A DNA stretch of 63,993 bases, filler included, from Acidimicrobiia bacterium (GTDB lineage: Bacteria; Actinomycetota; Acidimicrobiia; Spongiisociales; CAZKJJ01), in the NCBI GenBank assembly GCA_046759765.1. It is 4 parts of 4 records of this genome, joined end to end, with 100 filler letters (N's around TTAATTAATTAA, not from the genome) between each part and the next. Parts side by side here need not be neighbours in the genome. Positions count along the whole stretch, not along the records: positions 1 to 16,507 come from JBHICV010000045.1; 3 more parts are not named here. One strand, written 5' to 3'. The translations under genes and the position numbers were made by a program. Shown here piece after piece: positions 1 through 10,037 of this stretch; within the stretch, counting starts at the first letter, position 1; each line of letters begins with the position of its first letter. The notes below the pieces were generated by a model. The model saw only the letters and a program-made list of their open reading frames with translations, did not search any database and was not told the origin of the DNA.

Positions 1-735
1 CTCCTCGGTGTCCTCCTCGTCCCCGTAGTAGTAGAACGAGGAGTTGGTTAGATCCTCATCGACGATCACGACCAGACCCACCTCGACGAGCTCGGCGAGA
101 ATCCGCCCAACCTGAAAGTCGTTGGAGCCCAGCCTGTCGGCTACCTCGGCAATAGAGCCGACTCCCTCCAACGCCGCGAGCGTGCGCCACGCGTCCGGCG
201 AGACGACGATGTCTTGAGTGGCGTTGGTCTGAGGCGCCATCCGAAGCCCGAAACTCACTCCGGGTATGACGCTCTCGACATCGCGCCACTGGTCGACTCG
301 CACTGCTGTTTCTGCCAAGACGTCCTTGATGGCGATTTTCTGACCTGTTTCGTACGGAGGACCTACGTCCTCCTCGAAGTCGAATTCCCCGTCCTGGTCC
401 CGCGCCAGACGGAAAACCGCATCGGTGACGAGTTCCTGGATGAAGGCCTGGAGATCGGCTTCTGACTTGTCCTCCAAGAGAACATCCGAAATCGGCTTCT
501 CCAGCCTCTCGACTTCCAGCCAGTTCGTCTCTGTGACGAGACCTGCCGAGACGATCCGGTCTCCCAGATCGTCCTTTCGTCGTGTCGTCCCGTAGGTGAG
601 AGTTCCGTTCAGTAGGTAAATCCGCCCGTCAACTCCATCGGCCTTCACATTGAGGCAGCCGGTCTTCTTCGACCGGGCTAACAAGCCGAGTACCTCGGGC
701 AGCGGAAAGGAGTCCAAACGACCCGCGAGCGACAT
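1..735 (-). CDS. DUF4388 domain-containing protein (PatA-N-like), 3' end outside window
   Basis: Manual translation from ATG at 735: MSLAGRLDSFPLPEVLGLLARSKKTGCLNV...GRIYLLNGTLTY...GEFDFEE, typical DUF4388 N-terminus; AGGAG SD upstream; absent from ORF track because it has no stop in window. Confidence 0.8.
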   Translation of the reverse strand, partial: MSLAGRLDSFPLPEVLGLLARSKKTGCLNVKADGVDGRIYLLNGTLTYGTTRRKDDLGDRIVSAGLVTETNWLEVERLEKPISDVLLEDKSEADLQAFIQELVTDAVFRLARDQDGEFDFEEDVGPPYETGQKIAIKDVLAETAVRVDQWRDVESVIPGVSFGLRMAPQTNATQDIVVSPDAWRTLAALEGVGSIAEVADRLGSNDFQVGRILAELVEVGLVVIVDEDLTNSSFYYYGDEEDTEE

Positions 736-765
736 CGGTTACTCCTGAGTGGGTGTCTTTGCCCT

Positions 766-793
766 AGATCGGCCGATTCCGAAGCGCTCTTTA
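766..793 (-). promoter_or_regulatory. Putative sigma-28 (FliA/WhiG)-type promoter of the DUF4388 gene
   Basis: Minus strand reads TAAA-N16-GCCGATCT, about 30 nt upstream of the ATG. Confidence 0.6.
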
Positions 794-800
794 CGAGTTG

Positions 801-1877
801 TTAGAAGAGACCCTGCTCCTGGGCTTCCTCCTTCCAACGGAGAAACTCCTCGTAGTCGGACGTGAAGGAGTGGCTTCCGTCGCTACCGGTCAGAACGAAG
901 TACAGATAGTCGGCCTCCACCGCCGCTGCCACGGCCGCTAGCGAAGCCGCGCCGGGAGCACTGATCGGGGTGGGCGGGAGTCCCGGATAGATGTAGGTGT
1001 TGTAGAGGGAGTCGATCTCGAGTTCGCTCGGGGTCGGTGACCTACCCCTTACACCAAGGGCATATAGAACGGTCGCATCAATCTGCAGAGGCATGCCGGC
1101 GTCGAGCCGATTCAAGATGACGGTGGCAACCAGAGGGCGATCTCGATCCAGCCTCGTCTCCGATTCCACGAGCGAAGCCACTATGAGTCGCTCGTATGGC
1201 GTCAGCGAATCGGCTCTGGTGTTTGCCCAGTCGACCTGTGAGAAGTTCTGCTCCATCGTAAGGACGAGGACCTCGAGCACCTCGGCTGCCGACCAATTCC
1301 GGGCCATCTGATATGTGTCTGGGAAGAGAAGGCCCTCCCAGGAGGCCAAATCGTCGGCAGCATCCGGTCCTCTCAGCGCGCTGGCGACGTCACCTGAGGA
1401 CAGAGCTCCCGCTAGCTCCCCGATGGTCATATGTGACTGCGCCGCCACTCGACCGAGTATCTCTTCGGTTCTGAGGCCCTCCGGGACGGTGATCCAATAC
1501 GTCTCGATCACCGGACCCTCGACGAGCACTGCGACCACTGCTTCGGGTTGCATTCCGGTGGTCAGCTGATACGTGCCGGCCTTGAGAGCTTGAGAAGCAC
1601 CCGCTTCTCGGGTGGCGGCCTCGAAGTCGGACCGCGAGCTGACGACGCCGACCTCCGTGAGTAGGTCACCTATCTGCTGGGCGGAAGCGCCCGTCGGTAC
1701 CTCCACTTCCACCGGCTGTCCCGGAGGCACGGCTGGGGCCTCCGGACCCCCGAGCCGGTCGACCCATCCGGCCATCCAGCGAGCGCCTAAGACGGCTCCC
1801 CCGACAACGACGACGGCCGTGACGGCGATCAGAGCCGGCCGCAGGAGCGAGCCAACCCCCGTAGGTCGATCGTTCAT
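801..1877 (-). CDS. mltG: Endolytic transglycosylase MltG (YceG)
   Basis: N-terminal TM helix, TVPEG, EGLLFPDTY, ASLVESE, LQIDATVLY, YNTY..PGLPPTPI motifs; start MNDRP at 1877 overlaps ruvX stop. Confidence 0.93.
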   Translation of the reverse strand: MNDRPTGVGSLLRPALIAVTAVVVVGGAVLGARWMAGWVDRLGGPEAPAVPPGQPVEVEVPTGASAQQIGDLLTEVGVVSSRSDFEAATREAGASQALKAGTYQLTTGMQPEAVVAVLVEGPVIETYWITVPEGLRTEEILGRVAAQSHMTIGELAGALSSGDVASALRGPDAADDLASWEGLLFPDTYQMARNWSAAEVLEVLVLTMEQNFSQVDWANTRADSLTPYERLIVASLVESETRLDRDRPLVATVILNRLDAGMPLQIDATVLYALGVRGRSPTPSELEIDSLYNTYIYPGLPPTPISAPGAASLAAVAAAVEADYLYFVLTGSDGSHSFTSDYEEFLRWKEEAQEQGLF

Positions 1878-2281
1878 ACTCCGTCCAAATACCCCTGGAG
1901 CAGCACGGCGGCTGCGACCCGATCGCGGGCTTCTTTGCGTGACGCGCGACTGGCGTCTGCTTCTAGCAGCGACTGCTCGGCTATGGCCGAGGTATATCTC
2001 TCGTCGATCATCACGACTTCCAGATTTGTGGCCGCCCTTGCCCTTGCGGCTAGACGCCGGGCTCCTTCGGCCGAGGTGCCCTCTCCGCCTCCGAGTGACA
2101 ACGGAAGCCCCACCACGATGAGTTCCACATCCCATTCCCGAGCGAGATCGGCAAGTCGGTCGTCGAATCGGGCATCGGACGCATCCCAGGTATCGAGCGG
2201 TTGCGCTATCAGCTGAAGGGGATCCGATATTGCGAGTCCGATCCGGCGCGTGCCGTAGTCGAGTGCGAGCACCCTGGCCAG
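1874..2281 (-). CDS. ruvX: YqgF/RuvX pre-16S rRNA nuclease
   Basis: LALDYGTRRIGLAISD, VVGLPL, DERYTS, DRVAAAVLLQGYL; alaS-ruvX-mltG synteny; start uncertain (CTG 2281 or GTG 2272). Confidence 0.92.
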   Translation of the reverse strand: MARVLALDYGTRRIGLAISDPLQLIAQPLDTWDASDARFDDRLADLAREWDVELIVVGLPLSLGGGEGTSAEGARRLAARARAATNLEVVMIDERYTSAIAEQSLLEADASRASRKEARDRVAAAVLLQGYLDGV

Positions 2282-2282
2282 G

Positions 2283-4904
2283 TCAAGCCTCCAATAGCGT
2301 CTCGGCCACATGCTTGCGAGCCACTTCGAGTGCCGATTCCAGCCGCTGACCGTGCGGCCCACCCGCCTGCGCCAGCTCCGGGTCCTTGCTGCCTCCGCCA
2401 CCGAGCTCCCGGGCCGCTTCGGAGACAAGGTCGCCCGCACTTACGCCGCGGCTAACCAGGTCTTTGCTTACCGCGGCTACCAGGGCGCCTTTGTTCTCGT
2501 GAGTTGCGCCGAGCACAACCACTCCGCTGCCGAGCAGCCCCCTGACCTCGGCGGCGATCATGCGGAGAGCATCGGGAGCAGTGTCGCCGGCCGCGGCAAC
2601 GACGAAACGAGAGTCTCCGGCCACCTCGGCTCCATCCGCCAGCTCGGCGGCCATCTCGGATCGCGAGGCCTCCGCTTGGACCCCCAACTGCTCCATCAGC
2701 TCGCGGTTCCGCTCCACCAGTGCTCGCGTTCGCTCCGCCACTTGGTCGGCGGGAACACTGAGCAGGCGACCGACCTCGGCAACGTCGCGTCTCAGGCGGG
2801 CCAGATAGTCGTAGGCAGCCTGGCCGGTGAGGGCTTCGACCCTGCGTGTATTTGCCCCTATCGAGGACTCTGAAGTCACGACTAATGGTCCTATGCTCCC
2901 CGAGGCGGGCGTGTGCGTACCGACGCAGAACTCCAGCGAGTACTCCCCTATCCGCACCACCCTGACCTGATCGCCGTACTTGTCGCCGAAGAATGCGAGG
3001 GCTCCCATCTCCTCCGCCTCGTCCCGGGACGTCACGAAGTCGCTCACCGAATCGTTGTGAATCACGCGCCTGTTGGCCAGGCTCGCTACTGCGTCGAGCT
3101 CGTCGTCCGAGACGGCCTGAAAGTGGCTGAAGTCGAAGCGCAGGCGACCTTTCGTGACCAACGAGCCGGCCTGCTGAACGTGGTCTCCCACCACCTCTCG
3201 CAGCGCAGAGTGGAGCAGGTGAGTCCCCGTGTGGCTTTTTGCGATTGCCTCTCGCCGCGGGACATCAACGCGAGCTTCGGCATCCTGTGCCACCTGCATG
3301 TACCCGTTTGCTATCCGCGCTAGATGCCCGTGCAGACTTTGGATCGGCGCCTGTGTGTCCCTCACCTCCGCGGTCCCGGTGGTGGTGCTGATGACGCCTA
3401 TATCGCCGACTTGCCCGCCTGACTCCGCATAGAACGGAGTGCGGTCCAGGAACAACTCGACTTCCTCTCCCTCCTCCGCACGTTCAGTCGTCTCCCCATC
3501 CCGGACGATTGCGAGCACCCTTCCCACACTGAGCAGCTCCTCGTAGCCCAGAAAGTTGGTCGGTCCTATGTCGTCCGAGAGAGCTCGGTAGGCATCCTCA
3601 GCCTCGGCTGCCTTCACCCCCTGCCACGCGGCACGGGCACGCTCTCGCTGCGCAGCCATCTCTTGTTCGAAGGTCGCCAGGTCGACATCCACACCGCGTT
3701 CAGACGCGATCTCGGACGTGAGCTCGATCGGGAATCCATACGTGTCGTGAAGACGGAACGCAACGGTGCCGTGAAGCTCTGCTCCCACTTCGAGCTGTCC
3801 GAGTTCCGAGTCCAGCAGCTGGTGTCCCGATTCGAGCGTGCGTCGAAACCGAGTCTCTTCTCGAGACACGACCTCGGTGATGAATTCCGTCCGCTCGACC
3901 AGCTCCGGATAGCCATCGGCCAGGCAGGCAACCGTCGCGTCAACAAGGCCGGGCATGATCAGACCCTCCCCATCTAGCTGCCACGCGTGCCGCACGGCCC
4001 GTCGCAGCAGCCTTCTGAGCACATAGCCGCGGCCTTCATTGGACGGCATCACCCCATCCGAGATAAGAAATGTGACGCTCCTGCCGTGGTCGGCGAGCAG
4101 CCGTAGCGAGACGTCTGTCATTGCATCCTGGCCATAGGCAACGCCCGAGTAGGCCTCGCCAACCCCGAGGAGTGGGCGGACGGTATCGATCTCGAAGACA
4201 CTGTCGGCCCCCTGGAGGACCATCGCCACCCGCTCCAGACCACTGCCCGTATCTATGTTCCTCGCCGGCAGGTCGCCGATGACGTGGTAGGGGTCGTCCT
4301 GGATGTTCTGCATGAACACGAGATTCCATATCTCGACAAAACGCTCCTCGTCAACCACCGGGCCGCCGTCGGGGCCCCACTCCCGGCCTCGGTCGACGAA
4401 GATCTCGGAGCTCGGCCCGCATGGGCCCGGAACCCCCATCTGCCAGAAGTTGTCTTTCCCCCTCCGCTGTACTCGCTCAGGGGACACACCCACTCCCTCG
4501 ATCCAGATCTCTTCCGCCTCGTCGTCGGTCTCGTGCACCGTGAACCAGAGCAGGTCGGTGTCGATCCCCAGTTCGTCGATGACGAACTCGTACGCCCAGG
4601 GGATCGCCTTCTCTTTGAAGTAGTCGCCGAAGCTGAAATTGCCGAGCATCTCGAAGAAAGTGAAGTGACGAGCGGTCGTCCCCACGACGTCAATGTCGAC
4701 GGTCCGGGCACACTTCTGCACAGATACTGCCCGTGGCCACGGCGGCTGCTCGTCGCCCAGGAAGTACGCTTTGAACGGAACCATTCCCGCGCCGGTCAGC
4801 AACAGGGTGGGATCGGTGGGAATGAGCGACGCGGAAGGCCTGACCGCGTGGTCGCGGTCGGAGAAAAACCTCAGAAAACGTCGTCTGATCTCGTCGGAGC
4901 GCAT
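2283..4904 (-). CDS. alaS: Alanine--tRNA ligase
   Basis: DPTLLLTGAGMVPFK, HFTFFEMLGNFSFGDYFK, HTGTHLLH editing motif, GGGG C-Ala domain. Confidence 0.98.
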   Translation of the reverse strand: MRSDEIRRRFLRFFSDRDHAVRPSASLIPTDPTLLLTGAGMVPFKAYFLGDEQPPWPRAVSVQKCARTVDIDVVGTTARHFTFFEMLGNFSFGDYFKEKAIPWAYEFVIDELGIDTDLLWFTVHETDDEAEEIWIEGVGVSPERVQRRGKDNFWQMGVPGPCGPSSEIFVDRGREWGPDGGPVVDEERFVEIWNLVFMQNIQDDPYHVIGDLPARNIDTGSGLERVAMVLQGADSVFEIDTVRPLLGVGEAYSGVAYGQDAMTDVSLRLLADHGRSVTFLISDGVMPSNEGRGYVLRRLLRRAVRHAWQLDGEGLIMPGLVDATVACLADGYPELVERTEFITEVVSREETRFRRTLESGHQLLDSELGQLEVGAELHGTVAFRLHDTYGFPIELTSEIASERGVDVDLATFEQEMAAQRERARAAWQGVKAAEAEDAYRALSDDIGPTNFLGYEELLSVGRVLAIVRDGETTERAEEGEEVELFLDRTPFYAESGGQVGDIGVISTTTGTAEVRDTQAPIQSLHGHLARIANGYMQVAQDAEARVDVPRREAIAKSHTGTHLLHSALREVVGDHVQQAGSLVTKGRLRFDFSHFQAVSDDELDAVASLANRRVIHNDSVSDFVTSRDEAEEMGALAFFGDKYGDQVRVVRIGEYSLEFCVGTHTPASGSIGPLVVTSESSIGANTRRVEALTGQAAYDYLARLRRDVAEVGRLLSVPADQVAERTRALVERNRELMEQLGVQAEASRSEMAAELADGAEVAGDSRFVVAAAGDTAPDALRMIAAEVRGLLGSGVVVLGATHENKGALVAAVSKDLVSRGVSAGDLVSEAARELGGGGSKDPELAQAGGPHGQRLESALEVARKHVAETLLEA

Positions 4905-4916
4905 AGCGTGGCCAGG

Positions 4917-6281
4917 TTAGTTATCGGCTTCCGCAGCTCCTTCGCGTGACGGGCGTCCCAGCTTCTCGTCCCAGGATGCCAGGCGCTCCGCAATGCCGGC
5001 TTCGTCTCCCTGCCTCGAAGGTTGATAGATGGCTTGAGGCGGGATCTCGTCCGGTAAGTAGTCCTGAGATACAAGGTGATCGGGAAAGTCATGCGGGTAC
5101 AGATAGCCCTCTCCGTGTCCGAGCCGGGCGGCGCTCGGGTAGGCCGAGGAGCGTAGGTGTTTTGGCACCTCCACCGTCGTCGAATCGCCGACCAGAGCGC
5201 GCGCGGCTCCCATGGAGGCCGCAACCGAGTTCGATTTGGGGGCGGACGCCAAGTAGATGGCGGCCTGGCTGAGGTTGTGTGCGGCTTCGGGCAGCCCCAC
5301 AAGTGCCAGAGCCTGTGCCGCCGCCACTGCCACAACCAAGGCCTGGGAATCGGCTAACCCGACATCCTCCGAAGCGAAGATGACCATTCGGCGAGCTATG
5401 AATTCAGGGTCCTCACCTGCCTCGAGCATGGTGTGCAGCCAGTAGAGGGCGGCATCGGGATCGGACCCGCGGAGGCTCTTAATGAAGGCCGAGATCACGT
5501 CGTAGTGCTGATCTCCCGACTTGTCGTATCGGATGATCCTCCGCTGGAGGGCTTCCTGGATGTCATCCATCGTCAAGGCCGATCGACTCTCACCCTCCGC
5601 GATCACGGCGGCTAGCTCCAGGGTGTTGAGCGCCAGCCGTGCATCTCCTCCCGCACGCGCTGCGAGTGCCTCCTTGGCCGCCGGATCGATCGTGAACCCC
5701 TGACCGCCGAGACCCCTGGTGTCCGCGAAGGTGCGCTCGATGATCAGGGATACGGCTTCCTGCGGTAGTGGCGCCAGCCGAAACAGCGTGCTGCGAGAGA
5801 CAAGCGGCGAATTTATTTCGAAAAAGGGGTTCTCGGTCGTGGCTCCTATCAGAACCACGATGCCGTCCTCGACCCCGGGTAAGAGGGCGTCCTGTTGTGC
5901 GCGGTTGAAGCGATGGATCTCGTCCAGGAAGAGGACCGTGCGGACATCGTCTTCTTCCAGGTTTGTACGGGCCCGCGCTAGGACTTCCCGCACGTCCTTT
6001 ACGCCCACCGATACGGCCGAGAGGGCAACGAAGTCAGCCGAGGCATAGCTTGCAACCAGCCGTGCCAGGGTTGTCTTGCCGGTCCCCGGAGGACCCCACA
6101 GAATCATCGACACGGGGCGACCAGAGAGAACCATCGCACGGAACGCCGCTCCCTCGTCGACCAGCTCGGGCTGGCCAACCACCTCGTCGAGCGTGGCCGG
6201 CCTCATTCGAGCGGCCAAAGGAGCGGCGTTCCTCCGGCGTTCTTCTCGTTGCTCTTCGAAGAGGTCGTCCTGTTCGCTCAT
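4917..6281 (-). CDS. rarA: Replication-associated recombination protein A (AAA+ ATPase)
   Basis: [63 protein letters not shown]. Confidence 0.96.
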   Translation of the reverse strand: MSEQDDLFEEQREERRRNAAPLAARMRPATLDEVVGQPELVDEGAAFRAMVLSGRPVSMILWGPPGTGKTTLARLVASYASADFVALSAVSVGVKDVREVLARARTNLEEDDVRTVLFLDEIHRFNRAQQDALLPGVEDGIVVLIGATTENPFFEINSPLVSRSTLFRLAPLPQEAVSLIIERTFADTRGLGGQGFTIDPAAKEALAARAGGDARLALNTLELAAVIAEGESRSALTMDDIQEALQRRIIRYDKSGDQHYDVISAFIKSLRGSDPDAALYWLHTMLEAGEDPEFIARRMVIFASEDVGLADSQALVVAVAAAQALALVGLPEAAHNLSQAAIYLASAPKSNSVAASMGAARALVGDSTTVEVPKHLRSSAYPSAARLGHGEGYLYPHDFPDHLVSQDYLPDEIPPQAIYQPSRQGDEAGIAERLASWDEKLGRPSREGAAEADN

Positions 6282-8029
6282 TCCTCTTCCTCGAGCGCGC
6301 GGCGCACTGCGGGCCGAAGGTCGAGGCCTAGCTCCTCCAGCTGATCATCGCCAACTCGGTCCGGGGTATCGGTCAACGGATCCATTCCTGTCTGGGTCTT
6401 GGGAAACGGGATCACCTCCCTGATGCTCTTCTCCTGACGCAGCACTGCGAGCAGCCGATCCAGGCCTACCGCAAAACCTGCATGGGGCGGTGTCCCGTAG
6501 CGAAGGGCCTCCAGGAACCAGCCAAATCTGCTCTCCGCCTCCTCGCGACCGATGCCCAGGATGTCGAAGACCGCTGACTGCGTCTCCGGATCATGGATTC
6601 GCACGCTGCCCGACCCGAGCTCGACGCCGTTGACGACCAGGTCGTAGGCACGCGAGACCGCGTTGGAGGGATCTTTGCGCATCTCAGATATGTCGGCCGG
6701 AGCCGTGAACGGATGATGTGATGGCACCAGCTCGCCCGCCTCGTTCACGTCGAAGACTGGAAAGTCCGTGACCCATGCGAACTCGAGCTCTTCATGACCA
6801 TCGGGTTGCCCCAGATCCAGCCTGAGCTGACCCAGCACACTGGCCGTAACGTCTGCGCGGTCGGCTACCAGCATCAGCTGGTCGCCCGTGGTGGCTCCGA
6901 GGCCCTCCGCCACCGAGTACTGCTCCTCGGGCGTCAGAGCCTTGGCGACAGGAGACCGAATGCCGTCTTCTGTCACCTCCGCCCAGATGAGGCCCCCGGC
7001 GCCCAGCTCTTTCGCCCGCTCGACCAAGTCGTCCAGACCGGCCCGGGATAGGCCGAGGGGCCCTCTGTTGAAGCCACGTATCGTGCCGCCGTCTGCCAGC
7101 ACGTCGGCGAAGACACGAAATTCGGTTCCTTCGAACGCCTCGGTCAGATCCGCTATCTCCATCCCGAATCTCAGGTCCGGCTTGTCGGTCCCATACCGGG
7201 CGACGGCCTCGGCGTATGTGATGCGCGGAAGCGGCAGCTGCAGGTCGGTATTCCTGAGGCGGCGCACAACTTCCGCGATAACCGCCTCGATTGTCTCTTG
7301 CACGCCTTCTTCCTCCCAGAAAGAACCTTCCAGATCGAGCTGGGTGAACTCGACCTGCCGATCCGAGCGGAAGTCCTCGTCGCGATAGCAGCGGGCGATC
7401 TGGAAGTATCTCTCCACCCCCGAGATCATCAGCAGTTGCTTGTAGAGCTGCGGTGACTGAGGGAGCGCATAGAAGCGCCCTTGTCGCAGCCGGGATGGCA
7501 CCAGCAAGTCGCGCGCACCTTCTGGCGTCGACCGAACCAGCGTGGGCGTTTCAATCTCGAGGAATCCCCTCTCGAACAGCACATCCCGGATGGCGCGGAT
7601 CATCTCCGAGCGCGCCCGCAGGTTCTCGGCCATCCGCGGGCGTCGGAGGTCGAGATACCGGTACTGAAGCCGTGTCCTCTCATCGACCTCTTCTCGCTCC
7701 CAGACCATGAAAGGCAGCGGCTCGGCCGGGCTCAGAATCGTCAGCTCCTCCGCGGCGACCTCCACCTCCCCCGACGGCAGATCCGGGTTGGCAGTTCCTT
7801 CCGGCCTTGATCTCACCTGGCCGGAGACCTCGACGGCGAACTCCATGCGCAGCGTCGCCGCCTCGGGATGCTGCTCCGGGTCGATCACCACCTGTGCGAT
7901 GCCAGAGGCATCGCGGATGTCGACGAACAGAACTCCGCCGTGGTCACGGTGGCGGGCCACCCAGCCGGCCAGGGTGACCTGTTCGCCTGCGTGCTCGGCC
8001 CGCAGCTCGCCCGCCCGGTGGGTCCTCAT
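6278..8029 (-). CDS. aspS: Aspartate--tRNA ligase (RDHGG suggests non-discriminating type)
   Basis: MRTH, RDHGGVLF, STPEGARD, LPQSPQLYKQ, EFTQLD, GTPPHAGFAVGLDR. Confidence 0.97.
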   Translation of the reverse strand: MRTHRAGELRAEHAGEQVTLAGWVARHRDHGGVLFVDIRDASGIAQVVIDPEQHPEAATLRMEFAVEVSGQVRSRPEGTANPDLPSGEVEVAAEELTILSPAEPLPFMVWEREEVDERTRLQYRYLDLRRPRMAENLRARSEMIRAIRDVLFERGFLEIETPTLVRSTPEGARDLLVPSRLRQGRFYALPQSPQLYKQLLMISGVERYFQIARCYRDEDFRSDRQVEFTQLDLEGSFWEEEGVQETIEAVIAEVVRRLRNTDLQLPLPRITYAEAVARYGTDKPDLRFGMEIADLTEAFEGTEFRVFADVLADGGTIRGFNRGPLGLSRAGLDDLVERAKELGAGGLIWAEVTEDGIRSPVAKALTPEEQYSVAEGLGATTGDQLMLVADRADVTASVLGQLRLDLGQPDGHEELEFAWVTDFPVFDVNEAGELVPSHHPFTAPADISEMRKDPSNAVSRAYDLVVNGVELGSGSVRIHDPETQSAVFDILGIGREEAESRFGWFLEALRYGTPPHAGFAVGLDRLLAVLRQEKSIREVIPFPKTQTGMDPLTDTPDRVGDDQLEELGLDLRPAVRRALEEEE

Positions 8030-9252
8030 TCACTCAGCCATTCGACGATTTCGTCGCGCGCAACTGTGAACTGCTCCCCGCTGGTGAGGTCACGTACCGT
8101 CAAGGACCCGGCGCCGAGTTCCTCTCCTATCACCACTGCAGTTCGAGCCCGGCGCCGATCGGCTGCCCTGAACTGAGCTTTGACCGAGCGGCTGCCCAGA
8201 TCCATGTCTGCGCGTAGGCGAGCATTGCGCAGCACGCTCAGCAGCTCGAGGGCATCGTCCCTTCGCTCGGGTTCGGCCAAGACCACGAACGCATCGAGAG
8301 CGGCTCCGGAGTCGGTTTCTCCGGCGGCCAGCATGATGCGATCGAGACCCATCGCGACGCCCACCGCCGGTACCCGATCACCTCCCAAGGTCTCCGCCAA
8401 TCCGTCGTACCGTCCGCCGCCTCCGACCGCGCTCTGAGCAGCTTCGTAGCCGGGAGGGACGTACTCGAAGACGGTCCGGTTGTAGTAATCCAGTCCCCGC
8501 ACGAGCCGCGCCTCGAGCTGATACGGGATACCGAGCCGTTCGAGTCCGTCGCGAACAGAGGCGAAATGCGCCTTGGTATCAGCGGACAGGTAGTCAAAGG
8601 TGGCAGGCGCATCGGCCAACACGTCAGCGTCTTCCTTCGAATCGAGCACCCGTAGTGGGTTCGTCCCGATGCGCTCCTGCGACTCCTCGGAAAGGCTCTC
8701 CCGCCGCTCGTTCAGAAAAGCCACCAGCGCCTGCCGGTAGGAGCGGCGGTCCTCGGCATCTCCGATCGAGTTCAGCAGGACGATGGGATCACTGATCCCT
8801 GCCGCCTGTAGCAAGCGATAGCCGAGCTCGATTATCTCCACGTCGGCGTCGGCGGAAGGCTCACCGAGATACTCAGCATCGAGCTGATAGAACTGCCGGC
8901 GGCGGCCTGCCTGGGGCTGCTCGTAACGAAAGAACGGCCCGGATGTGGCAACTTTCATGACTCCTTGTGTGCCGGCTTGTACGTAGGCGCGAACTATCGA
9001 AGCCGTCGCCTCGGGGCGAAGCGTGAGAGACCTTCCTCCCTTGTCCGAGAAGGTGTACATCTGCTTCTGGACGATGTCGGTATCGCCTCCGACACCGCGC
9101 GCGAAAACCTCGGTGCTCTCGAAAATGGGGGTAAGGGCAAGGTCGTAGCCATACCGTTCGCACAATTCCTCCCAGGCCAGCAGAACGCGTCGCCAGGCGC
9201 GGGAGTCAGGCGGCAGGATGTCCGCCGTACCTTTTGGTGCGCGATAGGTCAT
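8026..9252 (-). CDS. hisS: Histidine--tRNA ligase
   Basis: APKGTAD, LRPEATA, FRYEQPQAGRRRQFYQ, LVRGLDYY, GGGRYDGL; start MTYRAPK at 9252. Confidence 0.97.
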   Translation of the reverse strand: MTYRAPKGTADILPPDSRAWRRVLLAWEELCERYGYDLALTPIFESTEVFARGVGGDTDIVQKQMYTFSDKGGRSLTLRPEATASIVRAYVQAGTQGVMKVATSGPFFRYEQPQAGRRRQFYQLDAEYLGEPSADADVEIIELGYRLLQAAGISDPIVLLNSIGDAEDRRSYRQALVAFLNERRESLSEESQERIGTNPLRVLDSKEDADVLADAPATFDYLSADTKAHFASVRDGLERLGIPYQLEARLVRGLDYYNRTVFEYVPPGYEAAQSAVGGGGRYDGLAETLGGDRVPAVGVAMGLDRIMLAAGETDSGAALDAFVVLAEPERRDDALELLSVLRNARLRADMDLGSRSVKAQFRAADRRRARTAVVIGEELGAGSLTVRDLTSGEQFTVARDEIVEWLSE

Positions 9253-9890
9253 GCGATATTCGATAGAAAGGGGTTGGTCCGGCGCTCGCGACCCAGCGTA
9301 GTCCGCGGCCCGTGACCGGGAAGCACGATTAGCTCGTCCGCCAGCGGCAGGATTTTGCGGGCCATGCTGTCCATGAGCGCCCCGTAGTCGCCACCCGGCA
9401 GGTCCGTGCGTCCGATCGAGCCGGCGAACAGCTGGTCTCCGGAGAACAGCGTCCCTTCGGTGAGAAAACAACAGTGCCCGGGGGTGTGACCCGGGGTGTG
9501 GATCACATCGATTGTCAACCCCGCGAGCTCTAGTCGCTGTCCGTCTGCCAGGCTCTCGAAGCGCGCCGGGGGCGCGTAGTCGCCGGGAGGGAGCATGCCG
9601 AAGAGGCCCCGCAACTGCGTGTCCGGGTCGAGCGTGAGGAAATCGTCCGCCGGATGTACATAGGCGCGTATCTCAGCCTGGCGTACTACCTGGCCGGCTC
9701 CGCCGACATGGTCCACGTGGCCGTGGGTAATCAACAGGGCTACGGCAGCCAGGTCGTGTTTCTTGAGCTGCTCGAGGAGCGAATCGGGATCGGGGGGCGC
9801 GTCGATGAGCACCGCCGGCCCGCCATGCTCAGCTGCCACTACATAGGCGTTCGTCTGGGCAAACCAGAGCGGAACGGTCTCGATCAGCAC
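9249..9890 (-). CDS. MBL-fold metallo-hydrolase (glyoxalase II-like)
   Basis: THGHVDH, HTPGHTPG, SGD.LF..SIGRTD, PGHG; conserved position upstream of hisS. Confidence 0.93.
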   Translation of the reverse strand: MLIETVPLWFAQTNAYVVAAEHGGPAVLIDAPPDPDSLLEQLKKHDLAAVALLITHGHVDHVGGAGQVVRQAEIRAYVHPADDFLTLDPDTQLRGLFGMLPPGDYAPPARFESLADGQRLELAGLTIDVIHTPGHTPGHCCFLTEGTLFSGDQLFAGSIGRTDLPGGDYGALMDSMARKILPLADELIVLPGHGPRTTLGRERRTNPFLSNIA

Positions 9891-10001
9891 TGATTCAGGC
9901 TACCTAAGTGCGCCCGGACCCTATTCGACATCCGCCACGGCTACGCAGCTGATTAGACCGTTTCTGCAGGGAAATAACAGCAGCTCAGAAAGGCCCGAAT
10001 T

Positions 10002-10030
10002 CTCAATAACGACAGCGGGTTTGCCGATAA
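10002..10030 (+). promoter_or_regulatory. Putative sigma-28 (FliA/WhiG)-type promoter of pilin cassette, likely leaderless transcript
   Basis: CTCA(A)-N16/17-GCCGATAA, with -10 element 7 nt before ATG 10038. Confidence 0.65.
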
Positions 10031-10037
10031 CTAGCCC

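Noticed and set aside
801..2135. Long N-terminal extensions in the ORF track (mltG, hisS, 12717, 18012, 31265, 51178)
   Set aside because: They overlap neighbouring genes or regulatory DNA; downstream starts fit family N-termini.
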